A stretch of DNA of 64,000 bases from a phage: the sequence record PZ540767.1. One strand, given 5' to 3'. Each line of letters begins with the position of its first letter. Position 1 is the stretch's first letter. Position numbers and translations under genes: made by a program. The notes under the pieces are model-generated. The model ran no database searches. It saw only the letters and a program-made list of their open reading frames with translations, and was not told the origin of the DNA. This document shows, piece after piece, positions 1 to 12,300 of this stretch.

Positions 1-185
1 CTATCACCTTCCAGACTTCTGGTAACCGTGTGAAGTTCGAGATCAACAGCCGCAAACCAGGTGAGAACATCGACCGTACTGACCCGTATGGCGAGACTGG
101 CTTCATCTCTATGCGCTGGTTCTATGGCTTCATGGCTCAACGTCCAGAACGCATTGGTCTGATCATGACCACTGCTAAGATGTAA
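1..185 (+). CDS. 3' end of a late structural gene entering from upstream (possibly major capsid protein, by position only)
   Basis: Frame 3 open from window edge to TAA 183-185 (...RWFYGFMAQRPERIGLIMTTAKM*); followed by terminator. Confidence 0.5.
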   Translation, partial: ITFQTSGNRVKFEINSRKPGENIDRTDPYGETGFISMRWFYGFMAQRPERIGLIMTTAKM

Positions 186-222
186 TACTGGTTTATTAAA
201 TCAGTTTGCATTAAGCTTAAAG

Positions 223-248
223 CCGGGGAATTCTCCCCGGTTTTTTAT
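223..248 (+). terminator. Intrinsic terminator
   Basis: ccgggga-attc-tccccgg hairpin (223-240) followed by TTTTTT. Confidence 0.6.
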
Positions 249-268
249 TAATTAAAGGTAGGTAAGAA

Positions 269-811
269 ATGTCACAGTACACTGAACAAGATCGTGAATT
301 ATTGGAAGCTCAAGCTAACCAACTGGGTGTAGATTTCCACCCTAATATCAGCTCTGAAAAACTGGCTGCACGTATTGCAGAAGTTATGGAAGGGCAAGAA
401 CCCCAAGAAAAAGAACGCCCTGTTAAAGGGGAAACCAAAGAACAACGTCGTCAGCGTAAGCATAAAGAAGCTATGGCTCTGGTTCGTTGTCTCATCGTCT
501 GTAATGACCCAAATAAACGTGAGTGGCCTGGTGAATGGTTAGGTGTATCCAATGGTGCTGGCGTCCAAGTTCGTAAATTGGTTCCGTATAACCAACCTGA
601 TAAACCATTCCACTTACCACGTATCATGGTAAACATGCTTCGTGAAAAACAGGTTCAGATCTTTGCTTCTAAACCTGGTAAATATGGCACTACTATTCGA
701 GTGCCTAAATCTATTCCAGCCTATACCATTACTGAGCTGCCTCCACTGACCCAAGCAGAGCTGGATGAATTGGCGCTTAGTCAGCTGCAACGTGGTGCTC
801 TGGACGACTAA
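269..811 (+). CDS. Hypothetical late protein (180 aa)
   Basis: ORF with ATG and upstream aggtaaga RBS; in late + strand operon. Confidence 0.6.
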   Translation: MSQYTEQDRELLEAQANQLGVDFHPNISSEKLAARIAEVMEGQEPQEKERPVKGETKEQRRQRKHKEAMALVRCLIVCNDPNKREWPGEWLGVSNGAGVQVRKLVPYNQPDKPFHLPRIMVNMLREKQVQIFASKPGKYGTTIRVPKSIPAYTITELPPLTQAELDELALSQLQRGALDD

Positions 812-820
812 GGATAAACC

Positions 821-2050
821 ATGGCCGATATCACTATTGATCAAGTAGTAGCTAAAGATCTTCACCTTGAGGATCTGACTACTATTGACCTTCAGGGATC
901 TGGCGTGTGGGATAAGATGCTGCGTAATATGCGTGTTCAACTCAACGATCAGTTTGAGAAGAATCGCATCACTGGCCCTACTTATGGGCAAGTATACGCA
1001 GCTACTTATGAGTCTACTCTTCAAGCTGCTATCACTTTACTTCTGGCTAAAGAACGTCAGGCATTAGAGATTAAGCAGCTTGAATTGCAGAACCAACTCA
1101 CTCAAGCTCAGATTGATCAAATCCATGACCAGATGCAGAAGACGCCTTATGAGATCGAACAGATTAAGGCACAGACAGAGAATATCAAAACTGAGACTGC
1201 ACAGACGCAGTACAATATTGATCATATTCTCCCACTTCAGGCTACTGGTTTAGAACTTGAAAACCAGACTCGTGAGTATAATCTCAACACTGTACTGCCT
1301 ACTCAGGTAGCTCAGACCGAAGCTCAGACTTCACTGACTAAATCTCAGGAAGAACAGATCCGTGCTGAGATGCAGAAAGTACCATATGAGATTGAAGTAC
1401 TTCAGTCCCAGGTGGATGAGTCTAAAATCAAGGTTCTGCAAGAGCAATATAACCTCGATAACCTCATGCCTGCTCAGCTGGGTCAAATCAATGCTCAGAC
1501 TGCTGGTGTGGTTAAAGAGACTGAACTTAAGGACTATCAACTGGTTAATCTGTACCCAGCACAGCTTGCAGGTACATTGGCCCAGACTGAGAATGTCCAA
1601 CAAGATACTGCTCTCAAAGAGTATCAGGTACAGTTCCTCTACCCTGCTCAATTAGCTCAGGCTAATAAGCAGCTTGAGTTAACTGAAGCTCAGATTGCTG
1701 TACAAAATAAGCAACTTGATCTACTTCAGGAACAGGTTAACCAGGCTAAAGCTCAGACTGATTACTATGCTCAGAAGGTTGTTACTGAGAAAGCTCAGAC
1801 TGATGCTACAGTGATTGGGGATGGGTCAGTAATTAATACCCAGGTTCAGCTGATGAATGCGCAGAAGGATGGGTATAAGCGTAATGCTGAACAGCAAGCT
1901 GCTCAGATTATGTCTAATACCTGGAATGTCCGTCGTCAAACTGATGAGGATACTTCTGCAAACAGTACCAACTTACTGGATGATGCTACTGTGGGTAAAA
2001 CCATTCAGACCTTGCTGTCTGGTGTAGGCGTAAATGTTAGCCCGTCCTAA
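821..2050 (+). CDS. Repeat-rich coiled-coil virion protein (409 aa)
   Basis: Seven or more tandem ~25-aa repeats of type Y(N/Q)L(D/N)xL(Y/M)PAQLAQT...; Q/E/A-rich. Confidence 0.65.
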   Translation: MADITIDQVVAKDLHLEDLTTIDLQGSGVWDKMLRNMRVQLNDQFEKNRITGPTYGQVYAATYESTLQAAITLLLAKERQALEIKQLELQNQLTQAQIDQIHDQMQKTPYEIEQIKAQTENIKTETAQTQYNIDHILPLQATGLELENQTREYNLNTVLPTQVAQTEAQTSLTKSQEEQIRAEMQKVPYEIEVLQSQVDESKIKVLQEQYNLDNLMPAQLGQINAQTAGVVKETELKDYQLVNLYPAQLAGTLAQTENVQQDTALKEYQVQFLYPAQLAQANKQLELTEAQIAVQNKQLDLLQEQVNQAKAQTDYYAQKVVTEKAQTDATVIGDGSVINTQVQLMNAQKDGYKRNAEQQAAQIMSNTWNVRRQTDEDTSANSTNLLDDATVGKTIQTLLSGVGVNVSPS

Positions 2051-2069
2051 TCGACTGGTATACTATATA

Positions 2070-2093
2070 GGGAGCCTTGTGCTCCCTTTTTTA
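2070..2093 (+). terminator. Intrinsic terminator/attenuator
   Basis: gggagc-cttgt-gctccc hairpin followed by TTTTTT; precedes RBS gaggt and ATG 2107. Confidence 0.6.
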
Positions 2094-2106
2094 TTATGAG
2101 GTCACC

Positions 2107-4854
2107 ATGGGACTCTTTAGCGGAAAGAAGAAAACGTACCGAGACTTTAGCTACTCTCGCCTAATTGAAGATGATTACCTGCCTGATGTTATGGGTCAGG
2201 CAGTTACTACGTATGTGCTGGATAAAGATAATACCAAATCACTTACTGATCTGATGCTGGAATATGGGTGGTCAGCTAACAATGTTAAGTGGGATGCTGC
2301 ATATCGCTGGGCCAAAAAAGGTAAGTATTTTTATGGCCTCCCTACTACCACTACTGTTACTGCTACTGACTTCACTGGTTCAGAGTCCTTAGAAGATGTT
2401 CTGCAATCACTCACAGGTCGTACAGATCTTACCTATGTATATAGTAAGTTTGTGCCTGGGAATTTCAGGCATGGTATGTGGCAGCAACTGATCTCAACTC
2501 AAAATTATAATGCCACTACTAATATCCTGGGATCTCTGACTTCATCTTTGGGCACTACGTGCTGGCTTCATAATGCTACTAACTATTTAACCAGTGAAAC
2601 CAGGGAAGCTGTAGAAGACACCATGCTGGAGCATTGGGGCTTGTCACCTAAGAGTGGAGCTACCAATATTCGAAGCCAGGATTTGAATGCTGCTGATACT
2701 CCTGATGGGGTTAGTGCCACTGGTTCCAATTATGTCCGTGTGGAGTATGCGTGTAGCTTTGCTGGGGTAGAACGAATTAAGACCGTGGAAACCACTAAGG
2801 TAACCACTACAATTAAAACCCCAGATCCCAATGAGGAAGGTAGCTACACAGAAGAGACTTCATCTACTTCTTCAGATACCACTACTAACACGACTAACTG
2901 GAATGGGGTAACTCTACCTAATAACGTGATCAGTGCAGTGGATGTAGGTACAGGTACTTCAGAGGTTACTGAAAGTGATCCTGTCGATACGCAAACTACA
3001 ACTGATGAAACTACTGGGGTAATTACAGAAGTCGTTACAGAGGTCACCAGAGTTATCACAACAAACACTGTTTCGATCAATGTTATTGCTTACTTCAATA
3101 TGTCGTTTGGGATCTATGACTACAACCCTGATTCTGAAACCATTGACACTACCACTGTGTTGGATGACCGAGATTCTGGGGATTATGATCCTACTGCTCC
3201 TCTGGTTCCAAGTGGGGAAGATACCGATGATTCCCCAGATTACTTCATGGTGTGTTATGAATATACCTCAGGGGGTACTCTCCATATTGGTTACTTTACC
3301 TATCAATATGGGTCTGGGAATTATCCTGCATTGGATGGGATCACAGGTACTGAGGTTGCCGACTTCGGACAACACTTCCCTCGTATGTATTTCCGTCTGG
3401 ATGGTAAACGCCTCATTTCAGATGAGTACTCACAAACTGAAGGCTATAAGACCAGTAAAAAGTTAGGTAATAAGCTGGACTTAGGTTGGTTAGATGTAGG
3501 AGAAGAAATTTATAATAGCTTGAGTTCTTTGGGCAAAATCAGAGATGTAATGATGATTCTTATGGTTCCTGCCAATACTGAAAATGCTATTGAACAGGAA
3601 TATCTCTATAACTATTTTCATACCCTCTGTATGTTACGTCCCCAGTACACTGAAAAAAACTGGACAATCTACTCAACTGAGTCTTCACAATCTGGTTCAG
3701 CTACAGTACCCCCATCAGATCTGGATACTTTTGATATGCGTTTAGGGGCTTTCATGGAGTCCTCTGACACATTTATTGCAACATCAAACCAGATGGACTG
3801 CCTGGGGTATGCTCGTATCACAGGCTCAATAGGTAACATTGGTGCCGTGGCTTCAGGGAGGGGTACAGGTAAGCTTCCCTTTAGATATGAATACAGACAG
3901 GATAATCAGCTTAAATACCGTTATGGTGTGAAAGATGTAGATTATCATTACTACAGAGTTCAGGTATCCAGCACTCAGTATGATGAAGTCAGGGTGTATA
4001 ACCTAAGCCACCAGGTTCGTGTAGGCGGTAAACAGGTTAACCGGAGTGGTTCCAGTGATGAACTCATGGTGCCTTTGGATCATGCTTTCAGAAAGCTGTT
4101 TAGTACTCATGAAAGAGAAACATTATATGCAAGGGCTGCTCAGATTTTAATCTGCACTGAGTATACAGTTAAGACTAAGTGGTATCAGACTAGCATTTTC
4201 AAGGCAATTACCGTTGTAATAGCTGTAGCTGTTTCTTGGTGGACTGGGGGAGCTTCTTTATCCATGATTAGTGTGTTAACTGCTGTAGCAACAACGGCAG
4301 CAACAATGATAGCTTTCTCACTATTGAGTAAGTATGTGTTCAGTAAACTGGGAAGTTGGGCTTCTATTCTGGCTACTGTAGTTGCTGTGGTCGCTGCTGT
4401 TTATGGGGGATATCTTGCTTATACAGGAACTACAGGCCCATATAGTTTAACTGCCCAAAATCTTATGCAGGCATCCAATGTTGCATTTAAAACTGCTGAT
4501 GCTTCCCTAAAAGGACAGCAAATAGCTATGCAGCAAAAGTTTGGATCTCTTCAGAAAGAGTTAGAAGAAAAGCAGGAAGTACTACAGCAAGCTCAAGATG
4601 AGTTAAACCAGGGTTCTAATACTATTTCTGACTGGATATTCCTACAGGCTACAAATGGCTATGTTAACTTAGGTGAAACACCTGATCAGATGATAACCCG
4701 TACTTTGAATACAAATATTGGAACACTGGCTTTACAGCTACCTGACGTATACCTAAGTCAGGCATTGTCTTTACCTTCACCTGTAGAGATCATGCAGTTT
4801 ATGCAACAAAAACTGTATACTGTTCCAGATGACGAACTCAATCCACTTACATGA
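2107..4854 (+). CDS. Large virion protein, Thr-rich with C-terminal transmembrane helices (putative ejection/internal protein)
   Basis: Track ORF 2077-4854 begins with TTG; first ATG at 2107 follows RBS gaggt; Thr-rich low-complexity region; two or more hydrophobic helices near C-terminus followed by coiled coil. Confidence 0.6.
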   Translation: MGLFSGKKKTYRDFSYSRLIEDDYLPDVMGQAVTTYVLDKDNTKSLTDLMLEYGWSANNVKWDAAYRWAKKGKYFYGLPTTTTVTATDFTGSESLEDVLQSLTGRTDLTYVYSKFVPGNFRHGMWQQLISTQNYNATTNILGSLTSSLGTTCWLHNATNYLTSETREAVEDTMLEHWGLSPKSGATNIRSQDLNAADTPDGVSATGSNYVRVEYACSFAGVERIKTVETTKVTTTIKTPDPNEEGSYTEETSSTSSDTTTNTTNWNGVTLPNNVISAVDVGTGTSEVTESDPVDTQTTTDETTGVITEVVTEVTRVITTNTVSINVIAYFNMSFGIYDYNPDSETIDTTTVLDDRDSGDYDPTAPLVPSGEDTDDSPDYFMVCYEYTSGGTLHIGYFTYQYGSGNYPALDGITGTEVADFGQHFPRMYFRLDGKRLISDEYSQTEGYKTSKKLGNKLDLGWLDVGEEIYNSLSSLGKIRDVMMILMVPANTENAIEQEYLYNYFHTLCMLRPQYTEKNWTIYSTESSQSGSATVPPSDLDTFDMRLGAFMESSDTFIATSNQMDCLGYARITGSIGNIGAVASGRGTGKLPFRYEYRQDNQLKYRYGVKDVDYHYYRVQVSSTQYDEVRVYNLSHQVRVGGKQVNRSGSSDELMVPLDHAFRKLFSTHERETLYARAAQILICTEYTVKTKWYQTSIFKAITVVIAVAVSWWTGGASLSMISVLTAVATTAATMIAFSLLSKYVFSKLGSWASILATVVAVVAAVYGGYLAYTGTTGPYSLTAQNLMQASNVAFKTADASLKGQQIAMQQKFGSLQKELEEKQEVLQQAQDELNQGSNTISDWIFLQATNGYVNLGETPDQMITRTLNTNIGTLALQLPDVYLSQALSLPSPVEIMQFMQQKLYTVPDDELNPLT

Positions 4855-4862
4855 GGTGACTA

Positions 4863-5288
4863 ATGGCTGGATTATCGATGTATCCAAGTCTGTGGGATCA
4901 GGGGTCTATGTCCCCATCTCTAGACTCTCTGAGTTCTGGTTTTACCAACTCAGCAAATACTTTTAACAATACGGCCCTTACTGGTTCAGGTGGTTCAGGT
5001 AGTTTCCTGGATAGTATCCTGGGAGGCTCTGGTGAAATGTCTGGTTTGCAGATGGGCCAGCTTGGTCTGGGGGGTGTAACCAGTTTGCTTAATGGTTATC
5101 TTGGTTTCCAGAACCTGGGCCTTGCTAAGAAACAATACCAGTCTCAGCTTGACCAGTTTAATAAGCAGTGGGATGCCAACAAGAAGTTAACCAATGCTTC
5201 TCTGGCAGACCGTCAGGCTGCTCGTGTTGCAAGTAACCCTAATGCATATCAGTCTGTTGATGACTATATGAAAAAATATGGGATCTAA
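4863..5288 (+). CDS. Gly/Ser-rich small virion-module protein (141 aa)
   Basis: ORF, tight spacing in late operon; GSGGSGSF low-complexity stretch. Confidence 0.55.
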   Translation: MAGLSMYPSLWDQGSMSPSLDSLSSGFTNSANTFNNTALTGSGGSGSFLDSILGGSGEMSGLQMGQLGLGGVTSLLNGYLGFQNLGLAKKQYQSQLDQFNKQWDANKKLTNASLADRQAARVASNPNAYQSVDDYMKKYGI

Positions 5289-5291
5289 ACC

Positions 5292-6368
5292 ATGGCTATT
5301 AGACTGCAACAAATTGCTGCACCTAACTTTGCTGGTTCTAACCAATTACTGCTGGCAGCAAACCAGCAGATTGGTAATGCTCTCCAGGGGCTACAAGGCA
5401 CCCTGGGGCAGTATCGTGATGAAGTAGTACGCCGTAATACAGCTCAGGCTGTAGGACTGCTTACTGGGGCTACAGATGCTAATGATCTGGCCCAGCGTCA
5501 ACAGCAAGTAGCACAGTTGGTTCAGCAAGGGGATATTGACCCCACTCGTGTATCTGAAGTGGCAGCAACCATGCCAGATACTTTGTTAGGACGTCAGACT
5601 AATCAGCTAAAGCTGAACCAGATTCAGACTGCACAGCATGATGCACCATTAATGGGTGCTTATATGCAAGCTGTTATGTCTGGGGATCAGAATGCAGCTA
5701 AAGGTATTTTGTCGCAATTCCAGGGGGATGCTTCAGATGCTCTGAAGTTTGCCTCTGATTGGGATATCAAAAACCAGCAGTTGAATCTTCAACGGTCTGA
5801 ACTGGCACAGCGTCAAGCTCAGTTTGCTGCAACTCAGGCAGCAGCTAAGGCAAGAGCCGGGCAGAGTAATGCACTGCTTAAAGCCTTACCTGGTTTGCTT
5901 AACACAGGTAATGATATTCAGGGGAAGGCTGAAGCCAGGGATTTACAGGCTAATGCTCAGGATGCTCAACAACGTGTTGCTATGGATCCTATAAACAACC
6001 CTAAGCTTAATGTTGCTGGGTGGGCTGATGCTAACAGTGATGTTTGGTTTAGGGGCTGGGGAAGACAGGCAGACTCTGACAGAATTTTTAATGCTCTGAA
6101 GGATCAACCAGCTTTTAAAGCACTTAATCCTCAACAGCAGATAAATATCCTAGACGGTGCCCTTGCTAATGAAAACTCCCGCGAAGATAAGGGAAATGTT
6201 TCTACTGTAAATGCTGCTACTAAGTATCTGACTGATGCAACGAAGCGCTTAAATACCCTGAAGATTACTTCACGGCAAGCAGAGGATGCAAAAGATCAGC
6301 AATCTGTTATGCAAGAGCAAAGGGATCGTTTAAATAAGCTGCTTCTGCCCTTACTTTTCCAACAGTAA
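5292..6368 (+). CDS. Gln/Ala-rich coiled-coil protein (358 aa), virion module
   Basis: ORF; stop overlaps start of the giant ORF (ATGA-type coupling geometry). Confidence 0.6.
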   Translation: MAIRLQQIAAPNFAGSNQLLLAANQQIGNALQGLQGTLGQYRDEVVRRNTAQAVGLLTGATDANDLAQRQQQVAQLVQQGDIDPTRVSEVAATMPDTLLGRQTNQLKLNQIQTAQHDAPLMGAYMQAVMSGDQNAAKGILSQFQGDASDALKFASDWDIKNQQLNLQRSELAQRQAQFAATQAAAKARAGQSNALLKALPGLLNTGNDIQGKAEARDLQANAQDAQQRVAMDPINNPKLNVAGWADANSDVWFRGWGRQADSDRIFNALKDQPAFKALNPQQQINILDGALANENSREDKGNVSTVNAATKYLTDATKRLNTLKITSRQAEDAKDQQSVMQEQRDRLNKLLLPLLFQQ

Positions 6369-9300
6369 TGAGGTTACAATCTGGGTACTCCACAATACTA
6401 AGGAATACTCAGATGGCTGGTAACTCATCTCCTCTGGACAAGTTTCTTGTCCCACAACAGGTAACAGGTCAGGAAGCTGCTCAGGCACTTCCTGCACCTA
6501 CCCAACCAACTATCGCCCAGCGTGTGAATGATGCTTCTACTCGTATCCTGAATAACCTCACAGGACAGGGTATGTATCCTACAGAAGAAGGCGAGATTGC
6601 TCGACTCAAACGAATTAATAACGAACAGTCGGCATATGCTAAAGAAGTAGCTGCAAAAGATTCAGATTACGGTTGGTCTTCTACCAACTTCTTAGATCCT
6701 GAAACGTCTTCATTGACTGATCGTACAGCTTCTACCTTTGTTAACTATGGCAAAGCTCTTACTGATGCTGTTAATGGTCTTGCAGGCAAAACAGATAAGA
6801 CTTTCAAAACACTGGGTAATGTGCTGGATCAGGCTTCTATTCCTAACGATGCACTGGATGCTTATCGTCGTGTGCAAGCTGGTAAAGGCACCGAAGCTGA
6901 TAATGCCCTGTTAGATCGTCAGGGTGCCTGGTGGACACAGCCTATTGAAGTAAATCAATATGGTGTACCAGAGATGGGTAACCAGACTCTTCGTCAACGT
7001 CTGGATGCTATCAACGAACGTCAGAAAACCCAAAACCAGAGTAGCTATGACAATCTTGAGAAACTAGCTAACCCTGTTCAAATGCAGCAAGCTGCTGCTG
7101 ATATTGAGAAATCAATTGAAGGTAAATCAGGACTTGATAAATTTGCTGCTGGTTTAGCTGCTATTGCTCGTAACCCTGGTGCTGCTGGTCAGACTATGGT
7201 GGAGTCTGCTCCATACATGGTTGGTGGTATCCCGGGTATGCTTGCTTCCTCTGCTATGCAGGGTGGCTCAGTATTGTCTCAGTATCTGGATACCCAACGT
7301 AAAGCTTCTGATGGTCAGATCCCTACAGCTAAAGATGTAGCTATCGGTACTGGTTTGGGTGTTGTTGATGGTGCTCTGAACTTTGCAGAAAGTATCATTA
7401 ACCGTACTGCTATGCTTCCAGGATCTAAAGTATTACCTGCCGGAGTTGCTGATCGTCTGGTGAACGCAGCACAGCGCATCGCACCACGCAGCTCTACGGC
7501 TGCTGCTGCTCTTGCGCGTGTGACTGCTCCTACCCTTGACCTTGCTAAGAATGCCTTAACTGAAGGTCTGGTATCTGGTGCTCAAAACCAGATTGAGGAG
7601 AACTATGCGAAGGGTAAAAATGAATGGGATACCAAAGGTAATGATGTTGCTTTCTTCCAGGGGATTGCTGCTGCTACTGGTTTTGGTGCTCCTCGTGCTG
7701 CACTTAGTACTGCTGGTGAAGTAGCTAATACTGCTGCTCAGGCTATGCAGAAACGTACTGAAGCACAAGATCCTGTAGGCCAAGCTGCTCGTAATACCAC
7801 CCCAGAAGACTTAATGAATCCACAGTCAGAAGGATATAACCCAGCTGCTGCAATTCGTCGTGCTGGTATGGAGTGGACTCGTAACACTGATGCTACTACT
7901 GATGAACAAAAGGCTGAGATTCAATCTCAGGCTCAGTCAGCTATGGATGCTGCACAGAATGATCACCAGAATAACCTGGATATGATTAACCAGAGGGCTA
8001 CTGCTGAACGTACTCTTGCTGACGCTGGTAAGTTTATTCCTGCTATTCAGGAGAGACTGGATCAACTTAGTAATGATCCTAATGCAGATCCTGATGCTGT
8101 TAATCAGTTACAAACCATTCTGGCTCAACAGACTGAAGCTCGTGATGCTGCACAGCAACAACTGGATGCTATGCCTTCTCAGGAGGAACTGGCACAGTCT
8201 GCTACCCGTTCTGCTGAAGTACTGGATCAGGCTAAGTCTGAGTTTGGTAAGTTCTCGTCAGCTACTGGTATGAATACCAATACAGCTAAACCAGAGAACC
8301 CAACAGCTTCTGACATTATCAGCCACCCAATGTCTTATACCAATGAAGACCTGCAAGAGTTTGTGCGTAATGCTCCTGCTAATGCTACCCCTGCTGAATT
8401 GGGTACGCTTCGTGCATTAGCTGATGCCAAAGTTGCAGAGAATGCTGTTAAGACTGGTTCTAAGGTTAATAGTGAGATCTTCAAATCCACTTCTAATAAC
8501 CTGTCACTGGGTGATTACCAACAGGGTATTAACACTGCTGTACAAGCTGGTGATACTAACCGTATCCAATCCCTGATGACTGGTATCAACAACTTTGAAA
8601 CTTCCCATACTGCTAAAGCAGATATTGCTCAACAGTACCTTAATGAAGCTAAACAGAATGGTAAGTCTTACCAGATCCTGAAAACTTCTAATGGCTGGGA
8701 GTTAAATACTGGCAAACGTCTGGATGCTAAAGCACAGGCTAAGAATGGTGGCTTTACTATCCACAAAGGCTCTACTGGTCTGGTTAACAATATTGTTAAT
8801 GAGGCCAAAGCTATTACAGCCACTCGTCAGTATATGGAAGGCATTGCTACCCCATCTACTAACCAGAATGTGACTGGCTCGACTGAGCAAGTAGCAAGCC
8901 CGGAGGCGCAGCCCGAGGGTGCAGCTACTGTAGCAGGAGAGACAGGAGCACAAGAACAACAAGCACAACCAACAATCAGCCCACTGACCACACGAGATAT
9001 TCGTGCAATGGATCAGGCAACGCTGGAAAAGGTTATGGCTACTACTCAGCAGGCTATGTCTTCTGACACTAATCCTGTACTGGCTCGTAACCTGGATGCA
9101 CTTGACCGTGAGTGGACTCGCCGTGCTGATGTGGCTACTAACCAGAATCGTGGTGTTGATGCTCCTCACCGTAAACTGGATGACTCCTTTAAGCCTAAAG
9201 CTCAGGAGAATGAGATCCAGCGTTCACAGGCTGAGACTACTACTCAAACTGAGCACACCCAGGCTGACATTGACAATGAGTCTACTGGTTCAGAATCTCA

Positions 9301-12300
9301 ACAAACTGCCCCAGTTAACGTAGATGATGTTGTTACCAACACTGATACTTTGACTGAGACTCAACAAGATAATGTAGCTCATGGTGCTCTGAGTATCTTT
9401 GGTAAAGTTGGTGAGTCCCTGAAAGCTCTGCGTGAGAAAGCTTTGGCTGAACCTAAAGGCTTACAGAACCTTGTGCTTACTGGTTTCAACCAGCGAGTTC
9501 GTCCAGGTTTTGGTAGCCCACTGGTAGCAGTGAAAGACTTTATCAATACTCTGAAAACTGCTGTGGATACTGGTAGCTTCACTGAAGTTAACCGTTTCCT
9601 GAAACAGCATATCAGTGAGTCGAAAGCTGAAGGTGCTAAACAGAAAGCTCTGCTGAAACAGTTTGTGGAATTCCATGATCACATCACAGCTAACCTGGAT
9701 AACATCATCCGTACTAAAGCCCCTGAGTATCGTTATCAGGACTTTGCTCAGTTTATCTTGGATGAGAATGGTAACTTTGACTCCAATACTAAAACTGGTA
9801 TTGCAGCAGGTATCTTCTCCTGGCTTGGTGAGAATGGGGATAAGATGTTCCTGAACCAGAGTGAAGTAGCTAAAACTCTGCGTATCAAAGAAGATCAGTT
9901 AACTCCACAAGCCATGTCTCGTATGGCTGATATTGGCTATCGCCAAGACTTGATCATGTCCCAACTTGGTCAACGTATTTATCAGGCTATGGGCTTTGCT
10001 AAACGTGCTGACGTTGATCCTAACCGTGCCAGCAAATTGCAGAATGCTCTGGGTGCTTATGCTCTCCATGCCATGTATTCCAATGGCTATATGGAACAGT
10101 CTTTAATGACTGCTAAAGAGTACTTCGATCTGCAAACCATGGGTCTGGATGAACAATCAGCTAAAGAAGCTGCACAAGCTTTCCAGAATGACTTTGGTGT
10201 TTCCCCTAACGATGCCAAGCACAAGATTGTGTTTAGCCGTCCTGCACGTAACTTTGATGCAGAAGGTAAACCAGTAGCTATTGAAGCTATCTCTGACATT
10301 AAGAATGGAATGAAAGATACCCGTTCTCTCATGTCTAAGCTGTTCGGTTATGATCCTGCTGTACGTGAGGTTCTGACCACTAAGCCTGCTGGTTTCAAAC
10401 AGAAAGTCTTCGGTAAAATGAATCGTGAAGTTCCTTCTGTTTTGGCTGCTCGTATCAGCAAAGCAATGCAATATGACTACACCATTGATCAGGGTGTAGT
10501 GAATGCTATGCGTACTATGTCCACTGTAGATAATGCTGCTCTGCAACATATCTTTGGTGTACGTACTGATGCTGATGTGCCCAATGAAATGGAGATCTTC
10601 AAGAAAGGACGTGAAGCCAAGAATGCTGATATCCAACGTTCTATGGAAATGGGTTTAGACTTTGCTAACCGTAGGGGTACTAACCCATTCTGGATGCCTA
10701 TGGAAGTCTGGACTAACCAACGTATTGGTGATCTGGCTTCAGAGTTCAACCCACAGGGTTCCAAAGTACACCGTGCTATGGGTGGCTTGAGTGCTCACCA
10801 GGTAGAGATTTCTGTAGCCCGTAATGCTCCTGTGCTGGACGCAGATGGTAAGCCTACTCAGTATGGCCTGTTCCTTGTATCCCTGGCTCAGGGTATGGAA
10901 GAAGCTCCTGTAATTGGTGCTGATGGTAAGAAACTGAAGTCTGTTGATAAGCAGACCTATGCTACCTTCTTACCTGCTTTCCAGAATTACCTGCGTAAAC
11001 CAGAGAACATTAAGGCTGTACGTGCTATGCAGAAAGTGATCGCTGGTTCAGCTACTACTGCTGATACCAACGTCATTAAGAATGCTGTGGCTGAGTATGG
11101 TATGAATGGTCAGTCTTTTGCTGCCCTGCATAACCTGGCTCAGTATGCTACTGCTCTGGAATCTGGTAAGTCTTCTGTTAAGCTGCTGGCTCAAATGGAA
11201 TCGGACGGTGTTACTAACGGCCCTATCCTGACTAACATCCTGAATGGCTCTGCTGACTTCGATCTACTGAAGCGTGGTGGTATTTATCGTGAAGGTGACA
11301 ATATTACCAACATGCCTACTTATCGTGAGTTGGGTGGTCAGGATTACTACGAGCTGCTGGGTGATGCTATGCGTCAGCATTGGGCTGATTACAAAACCAA
11401 TGCACCTGCTAGTCAGCAAGGTCAGATTCAGGCTCTGGAATATTTCTCTACTGGTTATGGTGCTCGTTCTAAGGCCAAGACTCTGGCTACCCCATTCAAC
11501 TACTCTGCTGGTATTCCAGCACTGAAAGCTGCTATGGGCCGAGCTACTGTAGAGGATGTTTACTCTAAGATTGGTTCCCTGATCCCACTGGCTAAAAGCA
11601 ATAACAAAGCAGACTTTGCCAAGGCTTATGCTGAGGTGAGTAAAAACCTTTCTGTACTCCTGGGTCAGAAAGTAAATCTGCCACGTACTGCTGATGGTCT
11701 GGTTAAGTTCAGCCTTAACCCGGCTCAAACTAAACGCATCATTGATGTGGATTCTCAGACTCGCGGTGTTGCTACAGAGACTGCTGTTAATGAGGTTGCT
11801 GCTGACTTCATTGCATCTCGTGATGCTAATACCAGTCTGGTTAACACAACCTTTACCCTGGCTAACCTTCGCTACAATGCTGCTAAAGCTGCACTGCTGA
11901 AGAAGCGTATTGCTGAGGGTAAAATCCCTGTGGATGCTAAAGGTGCTCCATTGGAAGGACTCACTCAGGCAGATCTGGATAAGCTATCCCGCATGATTCC
12001 TAACATGCCTTCTGCAACTGGTGTTCTGTCTGAGAATACCAAAGCTTCTGGTTACCCAATGGCTAAGGTGGAGAAAGCTTTTACTGCTAAGTCTCCTGCC
12101 ACCAGCATTGATATCTACTTCAAAGAAGCTGCTAACCCTAAACCAGCAATGGATGCTAATGGGATGCTGCTGAGTCAAGGTCTGGTAGGTGGATACAAAT
12201 CTACCCAGTCTACTGTGACTGAGACTAAGCTGACTAACCCTGGTGTTGCTATGGGTGCTAACGTTACTCAGGGTACTGATGCTGCAATCAGCTCTGATGT

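Noticed and set aside
451-1655. Antisense or overlapping ORFs 451-636, 614-1024, 885-1067, 1331-1651, 1362-1655
   Set aside because: Overlap better-supported + strand late genes; no RBS; low-complexity translations.
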